This document shows positions 52,464 through 64,000 of a DNA stretch of 64,000 nt, piece after piece. The DNA is taken from contig CP068257.2 of NCBI GenBank assembly GCA_009914755.4, positions 20,960,001-21,024,000 on the forward strand. The letters are read 5' to 3'. The stretch comes from the human T2T-CHM13v2.0 reference genome, Homo sapiens. Numbering within the stretch: position 1 is the stretch's first letter; each line of letters opens with the position of its first letter. A program made the position numbers and the translations under genes. The notes below the pieces were generated by a model. It was given only the letters and a program-made list of their open reading frames with translations. It was not told the DNA's origin and ran no database searches.

Positions 52464-55241
52464 TATTTAAGTTACATGTCCTATGAAAATTATAATGCCT
52501 TCTGCAATTAATTGTTAAATATGAAGTAAGAAAATCAACATTAATGTGTTTGATAAATCTTTGTCGCATATGCTTATCAGCTAAGTGTTTATTATACAGG
52601 ACCTCACCTCACACACCTGAGAAAACACATCACACGTCTACCTTCATGAAAACATGAACTTGCTACTCCCACCATTATTAGTGTAGACAGAGAAGTATCA
52701 CAGGTTATGTAGGGCATCCTAACTTATCTGAATCTTGTTTCACAGTGAAATTACCGTTTCTGTTTATATTTAGAAGGGGATATTGGAATGCACTCACCTT
52801 TTTTTTCTCTAAAGTCTCATATAAAAGTGAGTTAAAATAAGTTCCTTTTTGGTATTGTTCATAAGTATTAAAACATTAAATATGTTTATCATCACCTAAA
52901 AAACATAAGATTACAAAGCTGTGGTTTTAGCCAACTTTTTTAACTTTATGTGCCTAGAATGTAATATTTCCGGCAATCTGGCAAGAGTTCACACATCTGC
53001 ACCTCTTCCAGTTTCCCGTGGCAGGTGAGTTTCTCCTTTGTTAAATTGTTTGGCAGGCAGCTGTGAATTTATAAATTTGCAACAGATGTCTCCAATCAGA
53101 ATCATATACATTTTGTAGTCTAAGGCTGAGTCTGGGGAAGCTGAACAGGACAGGGAAGGATGTATAATTTTATTTTATCTAAAAATTTATAAATTTTAGT
53201 TTTTGTGTGAAAGTTGTGCTTTTTACACCTAGGTAAACAATCTGAGTAAAATAAATAAACAGAGGAGTATTCCATAAATGGATTCAACTGAGAAATTAAT
53301 CTCAAAAACTTTGGTTTTAAAATATATATGCTTTCTAAAAAATATTTTTCTTGGTAGAATTAAGAATAATATATGTCCAAAAATCATTTTACATCCTTTC
53401 ATGGAAATAGACCTCTAATATAATATGAGGTCATCACACTGAATAAAATGCTCATTATATCTTTATTCTTACTACAAGTAGGAAAATTCATGAAGCTATA
53501 GATTACTACTGGGGGGAAATGAACAATTGGAGTTATTAGTTAGTTTAATTATATTTTTAAATGGTGCTCCTGTCTAAATTATTATAATAACATTCTACTT
53601 TGATTTAGTGATTCAAACACAAATATCCACATGGAGGTAACTGAGACATAAGCTGAGTCGGGCATGGCCGTTGCTCAAGCATTACCAGTGGTATTATCTT
53701 CACATCACTTATCCCAATACACCCCAATGTTTGTCTTTTATGATTTACATAATATTAGATTGTCTCTCTGCTACCTCTGTCTTGGTCCCCATTAGAACAA
53801 ACATACCTTTCTCTGTACTCAACAGATCCCACTTTCTGTCATCCTGCTTTTTTACACTTAGTCTATATTTTATTACTCAGTCTTTCTCTGCATGGCAATT
53901 CATTCGAATTCATATAAATACCTACCTCACACATACACACTTTTATGTACACACATAAAAATAATAAGCATACACAAAAATTCTCAAGATATTCACATAT
54001 GCACAACTGGAATAATAGAATGCATATTAGTTTTAACAGATAATTAGCTTATGTTTTATTAGGGTTTTGTTTAATTCAGTTTTGCTCCAATCTTCACTCA
54101 TCCAACTCTCAGACATATCCTCCAACACACATACATAAACACGTACACTTACACAGAGTACAAACATAGAAAGAAAACAAAACACCAGATTAACTGATTG
54201 TATTCTACGTTAATTTCTTGTTAATATCACAATTATATTATTGTATATAATGTTGTTTATAATATATAATATTACTGCATAGATATAAATACTTTATCAG
54301 GTATAAGTGGATTTTAGGATTTTTGATTTTCAAAAATAATATTGTATAATATCTATTTCTTCTGTATTTTGCCATTCTCACCTTCAAGACAATAATTACT
54401 TATAGTCTGCTAAATTCCATTCTAAGCACTGTGGACATAACATTGAACAAAAGAGATCCGAAAGAGCTTAAATCAATGAAAAGCTTTCTAAATAGTAAAA
54501 CATTCTTTAGTTATAAATTTCTTTCTAAACTCTTCCTTTTATATTGGAAGGAAAAACATTATTTCTTTATATAGATTTGCTTCCAAGCTATTATATCCAT
54601 TTTTACTTTTGCTTTTCTGATAGTATAATTTTCAGATGTTCACACATCTGTTTGGACACAAAATGAGCAGGTAGGGCCCACTAAATCCTAAAATATACAG
54701 TTATTTCAGCCAGTATTATCCTATCATTAGCATATCAATTGTGGGATAGTGGCAAGGAAAATTCAAATGATGTGGTTTGGCAAGAGTCCCAAAAGATCAG
54801 ATGGTTTGTATTATTTCCTAAACTCTATGTTTTATTATTTTATAACTTTATTTTTGTCTCATTTCCTCAACTTCACTACCACAAAACTTTATCTAAATAA
54901 GGGTTTTATTTTGGTACCTCAACAAATAATATAACCTTTAATATTTAGAATTTAACTTTGGACCCAAATCCTTTCACATATTTACTCCCTTGTATACTTT
55001 GTTATTGCACATTCTAGTATACTATCCCAAGGTCTTCCTGTCAAGGTGCTGTTAAACACACATGAAGAGTACATCAAAAATTCATTGTTTTCTTAGAAAT
55101 CAGAGCTTCTTTTGATAATCTACACATCTTCATTCATACCTTTTAACTATTAGAGGCCACCTCCATTACCTTGAGTAGCAACATAGAAATTCATAAAAGT
55201 GTCCTTCTATTTAAGTGTCCTTCATTCACTTTGTAATTTCT

Positions 55242-55738
55242 TTTTTTAATCTTTTTTTTTATTATACTTTAAGTTTTACGGTAGATGTGCACAACGTGCA
55301 GGTTAGTTACTTATGTATACATGTGCCATGTTGGTGTGCTGCACCCAGTAACTCGTCATTTAACATTAGGAATATCTCCAAATGCTATCCCTCCCCCCTC
55401 CCGCCACCCCACAACAGGCCCCGGTGTGTGATGTTCCCCTTCCTGTGTCCATGTGTTCTCATTGTTCAATTCTCACCTATGAGTGAGAACATGCGGTGTT
55501 TGGTTTTTTGTCCTTGCGATAGTTTGCTGAGAATGATGGTTTCCAGCTTCATCCATGTCCCTACAAAGGACATGAACTCATCATTTTTATGGCTGCGTAG
55601 TATTCCATGGTGTATATGTGCCACATTTTCTTAATCCAGTCTATCACTGTTGGACATTTGGCTTGGTTCCAAGTCTTTGCTATTGTGAATAGTGCCACAA
55701 TAAACATACATGTGCATGGTGTCTTTATAGCAGCATGA
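55242..55738 (-). mobile_element. Young L1PA-type 3' segment (ORF2 C-terminus plus 3' UTR plus poly-A) of a minus-strand twin-primed insertion
   Basis: + strand shows the poly-T (ttttttaatctttttttttattatacttt) then the reverse complement of the L1 3' UTR and ORF2 end (aagttttacggtagatgtgcacaacgtgcaggttagttacttatgtatacatgtgccatgttggtgtgctgcacccagtaactcgtcatttaacattagg…gttcaattctcacctatgagtgagaacatgcggtgtttggttttttgtccttgcgatagtttgctgagaatgatggtttccagcttcatccatgtccctacaaaggacatgaactcatc…). Minus-frame ORF 55561-55767 = …FTIAKTWNQ.KCPT.IDWIKKMWHIYTMEYYAAIK… Very high identity to the L1HS/L1PA consensus as recalled. Confidence 0.9.
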
Positions 55739-56069
55739 TTGAACAGACATTTCTCAAAAGAAGACATTTATGCAGCCAAAAGACACATGAAAAAATGCTC
55801 ATCATCACTGGCCATCAGAGAAATGCAAATCAAAACCACAATGAGATACCATCTCACACCAGTTAGAATGGCCATCATTAAAAAGTCAGGAAACAACAGG
55901 TGCTGGAGAGGATGTGGAGAAATAGGAACACTTTTACACTGCTGGTGGGACTGTAAACTAGTTCAACCATTGTGGAAGTCAGTGTGGCGATTCCTCAGGG
56001 ATCTAGAACTAGAAATACCATTTGACCCAGCAATCCCATTACTGGGTATATACCCAAAGGATTATATAT
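55739..56069 (+). mobile_element. Inverted 5' segment of the same L1PA insertion (ORF2 region immediately upstream of the 3' segment)
   Basis: ORF 55739-56086 = [108 protein letters not shown]…, near-identical to young L1 ORF2. In L1 coordinates it ends ~10-15 nt before the point where the minus-oriented segment begins. Confidence 0.9.
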
Positions 56070-58989
56070 CACTTTGTAATTTCTAAAGTGAAAGAAGAAA
56101 GTGTAACAGCAACTAGTTTAGAACGAAGAGTGTAGAGACTAATGTAGGGGACATAAAAGGAAATTGAAAAGACAAATGAGGCTTTGCAGGCAAACGAAAA
56201 GTTTCTTGAATCAGAGGTAAAATTTAAGGTTAGCCATCTGAGCCAAAGGAAAGTTATTACCATTTCTTGAATATTTGCCATATGACAAGTCTTGCAAGTA
56301 ATTGTTTATGTGTAAAAGTGTGCCTCATTGCCATTAATATTACCACAAATCATAGGCTTCAGACATGAAGTGTTTTACGGAACAGAACACTGGACTTTGA
56401 AGTTATTCCGAATGCTTTAAATTGTCAAGAATAGTCACTTCATTATAATCTTTGTAAGTTTTATTTAATTACTGATTGGTTACTGGGAGAAACTAATGTG
56501 TTAGTCTTTTATCACCAAACACAGCTGCATGAATTTACTTAGTTGACTTGCCTTGGGAGGATAAATCCCCTGATAAAATGGGGCATATGGGGTGAACATT
56601 TAATTGGGATTGAGGTGATTTAAGGACAGTAGACCCAGGTAAAAATATATTAAAGAATTAGCCATGTTCATACACAAATACAAATGAAAACGTCCTCTTT
56701 GGCTGGCTTTATAGTGAGAGATAGCAACATGACATTTATATTAAAATGTATATTCCTCTTTTTGGAAATTATCATTTATCTGACAGTTAAGAAAACAATT
56801 GATGAAATCTGGGGCAAATAGAGAAACATGAGGAAATATAAACATTTCAAATAAAGGGGATTAAAGAGGATTAAGATACTAATTATACGTTTATGTATAC
56901 AGCATATTTTCATTCATGTTCTCATGTAAAGACAATCACTTTTGACTTTCACAACTCTTTGAGAGAAACATGTTGATGTTTTGTTGTTTTAATTGTTAGC
57001 AACAACAACAAAAGTTGAGATTCATAAAATTTAAAATAAATTATGAAAAGCCAAGAATCAATAAACTGACTCAATTTGGAAAAACTAGGTCCAAGATGAG
57101 TTCAAAATTAATAGGGATTTTTAATTTAAAAGATATTACCTAATGTTTCCTAAGGATATATTTTTCCTCACTAAAGTATCTTTGGAGACATATAAAGAGC
57201 TGACCATTATAATAAAATTAAGTTATAATTCTAATTTTGACCCAACATTTAAGAAAATTCCACTGACAGAAAATCTAGTGTAGTAAATTAATAGACGCAA
57301 TGAGAAACTGGAACATAATTTACCATTAAAAGAGAGGAAAACATACGAAACTCTGGAAGATTGAAAAAAAAACAGGGTGGTGATGCTATATAGTTATCTG
57401 AATGCTTACAACAATCATTCTGTCATGTTAAAAATTGTTTTTTCTTTTTTCCAAAAGGGTTACTTTTCCACAACTCCATTCATAGTTCCTCTTATAATAC
57501 ACTTCACATATAAAATAACAAGTATATAAAGCAAATCTAAGGGATCAATGGGTGTAAATTAGGATTTACATTGTATGAAGCAATTTACAATTAAAACAAT
57601 TCTGCATACAACTATAAAGAATAGAGAAGTTCTGTTTAGTAGAGGAAACACTAACTGTAATTTTATAGAGCACTATTTTTAATAAGATTATCAGAGAAGA
57701 CAGAAAAAAGTTTAGGGAATGTCCCATCTCAACCCATTAGAGACAGTGTGGTGAATTTCTGCTATATATTAGGGAAAAAATTATAAAAATTGATCTGATC
57801 TTCATCTACGGCCCTGAATGTAGTCCAATGATAAAGATTAAAACCACCCACTACAAATATGTCCATAACCACTTGACATGAATTATTGCAGTTAATCATT
57901 TAAAAACCTGTAAGAAAAGTATATTCTCAGCAACACATGAATATCTTGAGCCAAAGATGTTTTAAATAATATAACTAAGGTCTAATAGTAGTTTTCGGAG
58001 CCTGGAAACAAACCACCTAACAAATCAGCTAAAGACAACTGAAAGAAACTTATAATAAACTAAGTTACGTTTATTATTTGACAAGTAAAATACATACAAG
58101 AAAAAATAATATTGAAACTTAAAGGAAAACTGAAGATCAAGTATCCCCAAGAAACGTTAAGCAAGGTAAAGAAAGAAAGAGAGAGAGAGAAAGAGATAAA
58201 AAAAAATTAAGACATATAAAAATTAACAACAAGGAGAATTCCTTGACTTTTAAAATTATTTTTATTTACATAACGATTTATCTTGACTTTTATTTTTAGC
58301 TTTTGGGGTATTTCAGTTTTTTAGAATTATAAATATTGATGCTCATGAACATGTTTGCACACAAATGCTTTTATAGCTCTAATTATTTCCTTACAGTTGA
58401 TTCTCAGAGTTGAAACAACTTGGATAAAAGGTGTAAGCATTTTTAAGGCTCTTTGTAACTGTTTCAAAATGAATATGGTGTATGATAGTGTCTTTTAAAA
58501 AAATGCTAAATAGGTATGTGCTTAGCAATGGAGCTTCAAAATGCAAGAAGCAATAATTGAGAAGGCTCAAAACAGAAGAGATACTTTAATTTTGAAATAT
58601 TTGGATATTTTAATCTCTCAATTTATAGGGCAGACTAATCTCTCAATTTATAGGGCAGACACAGAAAATTAGTAATGTTAGAGAACTACTGGACAACACT
58701 ATCAATACATTGATCTTATTGCCATTTATAGAACACTCTCTCACTCCAACAACAACAGAGTATTACTTTCTAATCACATGCACCATTTTTGTGATGCCAT
58801 ATTCTGGTTCCTAAAACAAAGTCCAATATTAAAAGAATTGAAATCATGCAAAACACATTTTCAGAGTGTAGCACCATTGCACTTAAAAGCAATTAATAGA
58901 AGATACTGGAAAGTTTGCAAATGTTAAGGAGTTGGGTACCATTTTAAGCCTTGTAAATCCCATCTTGAATTCTGGTGGAAACTGAAACT

Positions 58990-59395
58990 TACAGAATTCA
59001 GCAAATGTCAGGGACTTGTACAGGTGTAATTAGATGGGTAGACTGGAAAGTCCAAGAGCATGACTTAGGTATCTGCTTGGGTTATAGTGAGGGCCCCATG
59101 CTGCATCACATGATGCAGAAGCAGAAGGGGAAGTGGATGTGTGCAAAGACAGCAAACACAAAGGGAAACTTTGCTTTATCACAACTCACTCTTGTGGTAG
59201 CTAATCCAGTCACACAAGAACGAGAACTCACTACTGAAAGAATGTCATCAAGCCACTCACCAGGATGGAGCTCCCATGACACAAATGCCTCCTATTAGGC
59301 CCTACTCCCAAAAGTTTCCAGCTACTAACATTGCTGCACTGGGAATTAAGGTTCTAGCATGAGTTTTGGTGGGGACATGCAAACCACAGCAATAT
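58990..59395 (-). mobile_element. Diverged MaLR-type LTR (MST/MLT1-like)
   Basis: …gagggccccatgctgcatcacatgatgcagaagcagaaggggaagtggatgtgtgcaaagacagcaaacacaaagggaaactttgctttatcacaactcactcttgtggtagctaatccagtcacacaagaacgagaactcactactgaaagaatgtcatcaagccactcaccaggatggagctcccatgacacaaatgcctcctattaggccctactcccaaaag…ttttggtggggacatgcaaaccacagc parallels the THE1/MST LTR theme in the same orientation as the 21295-21653 element. Weak. Confidence 0.35.
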
Positions 59396-61649
59396 ATATT
59401 AGGAAACAATATAAATATTGATCTACTGCAGTTGCAGTAATTAAACAAACATTGAGAGTGTTCATCTAAAATTATAACAGTAACTTTGAGAAGTTATGAA
59501 AAATTGTACCACTAGCAAAACTGAAGTCAGAAAAGATTAGGAAAAAATAATAATGTCAATAGACTTATTTATTAAATAATTTAAGTCTGTAAAAAATATA
59601 AAAAAACTTTTGAAAACATTCATGAACAAAACACTTATCAAGGCCAGATTAATGTTAAAGTACTATCAAACATTCAAGGAGTAATAATAACAATTTAATT
59701 TTACTTTTTATATATGTAACATATAAATGTAATAACAGGCTAATTTAGAAGTGTGACTATCACCATACCAACTTATAAATTGAACAGAACTTTCTTACAA
59801 AAACTAGACAAGAAAATTACAATCCAACACTTCATTAAGGCACATTAAATGATTCTAAATAAAATATCATAAAAATGAACTCAACAACTTATAAAGAGAA
59901 TAACACATCAGAACAAATTGGTTTGTCCCTTGAATACAAAGTTGTTTTATAATATTAAAAATCTCACTCACATTAAGAGATTAAATATATAATTAAATAT
60001 ACAAATATGTAATTTTATTAAAAATGAAACATATAAGTAGAAATTCTAAATGTATTTCATATTGTCTAACATATATTATTGAAAAAGTCATTTGTATATT
60101 ACAAATGAAGGGAAGCATCTTTTATCTGATAAAAGTTTTATAAAGACTGTTATAAATTATTCTTCATTGTGAAATATTTAAACATTTGTCATTGTCCACA
60201 AAAGAAAAAACACAGAGTATCCTTAATTATTCTACTTTATACTAAAAACCTAAGTACATGTATACTTGAAATGATTACTTTAAGATAATAATTGCCTGTA
60301 TACAGTTTAATATCCTATCTACTAGTAAAGGAACAGAATTTATAAGATGATTAAGCCATGGATTGAATTAAACACATAAAATCACATATAGAAAACACAT
60401 TCAATGTAAAAGTCAACAAATTTTCTTCACATTGGTAACAAGATGTTGAAAGATATAATTTAATAATATTAGAATTCAAGATAGCAATTTAAAAATATAG
60501 AATACATAAAAGAAGTCTACAATATATGAAGAAAATGAAAATATACTGTTTTGGATAAAATGAATCAATATTTTAAAAATTTCCAATGTATTCAAAATTG
60601 ATCCATATTTGTCAATCAAAACATTTATAAAATATTAAGTTCACTTAAGTGAATTCTTCTTGAGATAACACAATAACAGATAGTATAAATGTTTCTGAAG
60701 AAACAAAGTAAGCATTAATCTTTTGCCTACCAGCTAACAAATGTAGTATCAGAAGGCTTAGATAAATAAAAACAAATCAATTGATTATAAAATGATGCCA
60801 GATATGAAACTGATCAATATATATGAAATGTGTGTGTGTGTTTCTGTGTATCCAGGTTGACATTGCAGATGAGAGGAAAACAGTGCTTTAATAGTTATAC
60901 AGTTCCAAAAATATATGGATCCCTACCTCACTCCATACACAAAAACTAAATCTGGTTAATTACAAACTAACATGGTGACTAAATTAACTTAATTTTATTT
61001 AATATTATGTTTTGCAACTGATTAGTTCCATGTGATTTAATTTATTAGATTATTTTGATTGGGTTTGTATCTCTTTTGTTGATTTTTTCCCAAAAATAAT
61101 TTCTTTCTGTTTGTAAGAATTGCTATATTCTCTTAACTTGAACTTTCAAAACTTCAGTTTAAAATTTCCTACTTTTTAAATACTGCATTGCCTTTTCTAC
61201 AATTTAGTGAGTTCTTTTATGTTTAAGTTAGAGAGTAAATATCAAGGGTGAATTTCAATCATTGTGACTCTCTCTAGGATCCAGAAATATATTAGTACTT
61301 TACTCTCTTAGGTGCAAAAGTGGAGGAAAACTTTGACTTCTACCAGCTGAGCTCTTCCTTGGGGTTAGACTAATGTCTCTAGAGCTGAGATTTCAGAAGC
61401 AGGAGGAATTACACATGGCTGCCATAGAAAACAGGCAACCAGCTGTCGACAGCCTCACACTCCAATGTGGGCATATCTCAATGCCCATTGGAGAACATAA
61501 CAGTCACAAGCCATATGGCTAGAACAACATTATCTCCCCCCAGGTTATTCTTTTCTCAACCATCTATGAAAAGTTCCTTATTTTTTCCATGTAAAACAAT
61601 AATGCATTAATATGAAAATTTTTGTACTTGGTAAATTGCATATCTGAGA

Positions 61650-62205
61650 AAGCGAAAGATAATTTTATTTTGCTGAAATATAATTACTTCGTCTAAATTG
61701 TATACATTAGGACAAAAGATAATACGGGGAATCTAAAACAAATTGATCCATAGAAATAGTACGAGTGTGGCTACCAGAGGCAAGAGTAATGGGCTGGGAT
61801 GTGAGACAGGGGAGGATGGGAGATGCAGGTCAAATGATTTAAAGTTGTAGTTACGTTGGGTGAATAAGTATTTAGATTTAGTGCACTGCATGAAACCTAT
61901 AGCTAATAATGTTGTATTGTATAATGGAAATTTGCCAAGAGAATAGATTTTAGATATTCTTGCCATAAAAAAATAAGAAAGGTAACTACAGGAAATATTG
62001 ACTATGTTAATTTGCTTGACTGTAGTAATTGCCTCATGGTGTATATGCATATCAAAATATCATGTTGTAAATCTTAAATGTATAGAGAAAAAAGATACAC
62101 AAATCATGCTGTGTTGATCAAAACCTCACATATATAGTCTGGGTTTAGATTCTCTTGTGAATGTATATTTGAGCTATGGTGACATTAAAAATAATCATTA
62201 AAGAT
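61650..62205 (+). mobile_element. Old L1 (L1M-type) 3' UTR fragment
   Basis: …agtacgagtgtggctaccagaggcaagagtaatgggctgggatgtgagacaggggaggatgggagatgcaggtcaaatgatttaaagttgtagttacgttgggtgaataagtatttagatttagtgcactgcatgaaacctatagctaataatgttgtattgtataatggaaatttgccaagagaatagattttagatattcttgccataaaaaaataagaaaggtaactacaggaaatattgactatgttaatttgcttgactgtagtaattgcctcatggtgtatatgcatatcaaaatatcatgttgtaaatcttaaatgtatag… matches the L1M 3' UTR consensus theme (…agaatggtggttgccaggggctgggg…ctgtacagcatagtgactatagttaataatactgtattgtatacttgaaaattgctaagagagtagat…gtgaggtgatggatatgttaattagcttgat…cacaatgtatacatatatcaaaacatcatgttgtacaccttaaatata…). The same theme is seen at 38250-38699. Confidence 0.55.
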
Positions 62206-63278
62206 TGTGTTTTGCAAATTATTTCCTTTCCTTTAAGAAGTCAAACCAAATAATATTGTATGTGTGCTGGATGAGTAAAAAAATAGTGATGTATTATTTT
62301 GGAAGGTAAACCTTTATGTGCATTAAATATTAAGAATAGAAAAAAAATTTCTTTTGTCATAATTTATAGACTTTATTCTTGAATTTATGAATATCCAAAG
62401 ATGTCTCTGGCATAACAAAAATTTGTATTTGCTAAATAATAATAAATAATGTCAGAATGAATATTAAATAATAAAACAAACCAAAATATATACAATTGCA
62501 TTTGAGGAATTCAAATTAACAGAATCAAATTGTAACAAAGCATTTTTTTGATATCAAAAATTGTGAGTGAATTAATAATGAAGCAGTGACAAAACCACCA
62601 GCAAATAAACAAATGAAGGGGCATCATTTTATACAATATTCTTTGAACATTCAGATAAATAAATAAACAGGGAGTAGATGACTCAGAAAGGAGGAACACG
62701 GAAAAAAAGAGGTCTCACATCCAACTACTGTGTATCCCAGAAAGCAGGACTGGCAGATCAGCAAGATCCTGAGAATACTCGGTAATGACCACAGATTTCG
62801 TGACAATAAAACAGAGAGGGTATCTATTATTTCCTTTTTCAGATTAAGAAATAATGGAAATAGTTTCTAGGAAGAAACTAGTGAATTAAAAAATAAACAG
62901 CACATCAGATTCCAAAAAATATGTGTAAAGGATCAATAAACATTCAATGAATTCAAGAAAAATATCTGAATATCTGGCTATCACCTTACTAGTTTATTAT
63001 AAAAACGTGATCATATTTCAGAAGGGAGCAAAGACTGATTTTTCCAACAAACAAAATTGTATAGTACTTTATTACAGGTTTTTGTGCTTCATTTATCAAT
63101 ATTTTAGATCAGTTTACCAAAAAAAAAATACATAGCAAAAACACTCAACTCTCAAATATTAACTAGAAGAGAAAACAAATCATTCTTAGATAAAACATCT
63201 GCAAATAACCATAATCTATGAAGGAAGTATAAAGGAAAAGGTGAAAAAGAATATTATAATGTTTAAAATATTATAATG

Positions 63279-63613
<335 letters not shown>

Positions 63614-63879
63614 TTAATGTGGTCTTAATTTTTGAAAAATAATGAAATAACTGCAATATAGTAAAAAAGTTTTAAGGTGAAAATAATACACAGAATAATT
63701 AGATTAAAGGGAAACTGTAGAACTAAGGAAATAAATTTTAAAACCAAACACCATTTAGAGAAGTAATTAATGAATTTGAAGATAAATTTGATAAAGAGTG
63801 TAAACACTACTAAATATCAAAACAGAACTAGAGAAAAAGAATCGTGTTTATCACAATTAAAACAATAAGAAATTCAAAG

Positions 63880-63950
63880 AAATTTGAATTACAGTTAAAT
63901 AAAATTACAGTTACAGTTAAATAAAAGCAATTACAGTTAAATAAAATTAA
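63880..63950. repeat. Short AT-rich minisatellite (unit ~ttacagttaaataaaa, 3-4 copies)
   Basis: gaattacagttaaataaaattacagttacagttaaataaaagcaattacagttaaataaaattaaaaaat. Confidence 0.8.
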
Positions 63951-64000
63951 AAAATAAGTCAAAGATAATCCAACACAAAACAGACCATTAAAGTAATAGA

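Overview
This 64 kb window is not prokaryotic. It is primate nuclear DNA, most likely human or a close hominoid, visibly AT-rich and gene-poor, and dominated by interspersed repeats. By eye I recognise 14 Alu SINE copies plus two partial Alu fragments (a free right monomer and a tail remnant), several of them AluY-like with intact CpGs and flanking target-site duplications (TSDs). There are at least seven L1 LINE fragments. Two of these are complete insertion events with the head-to-head, 5'-inverted architecture and TSDs expected from twin priming: an older ~4.9 kb L1 at 33.8-38.7 kb, and a young L1PA-type ~0.8 kb insertion at 55.2-56.1 kb with a perfect 15 bp TSD. I also see four MaLR-type solo LTRs, an L2 3' fragment, two DNA-transposon MITEs (a Tigger-family element with TA duplications and a MADE1 copy), and many micro- and minisatellites, some organised as long palindromes. 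I find no convincing protein-coding exon, no tRNA or rRNA gene, no CpG island or promoter signature, and no CRISPR array. All sizeable six-frame ORFs lie in Alu, L1 or simple repeats, or look like chance ORFs in AT-rich DNA. No novel biological system can be supported. The noteworthy content is structural: the two twin-primed L1s, near-perfect palindromes, and young Alu and STR loci that are likely polymorphic. Repeat family names are from memory of consensus sequences. Coordinates of repeat ends are approximate (about +/-10 bp) unless a TSD pins them.
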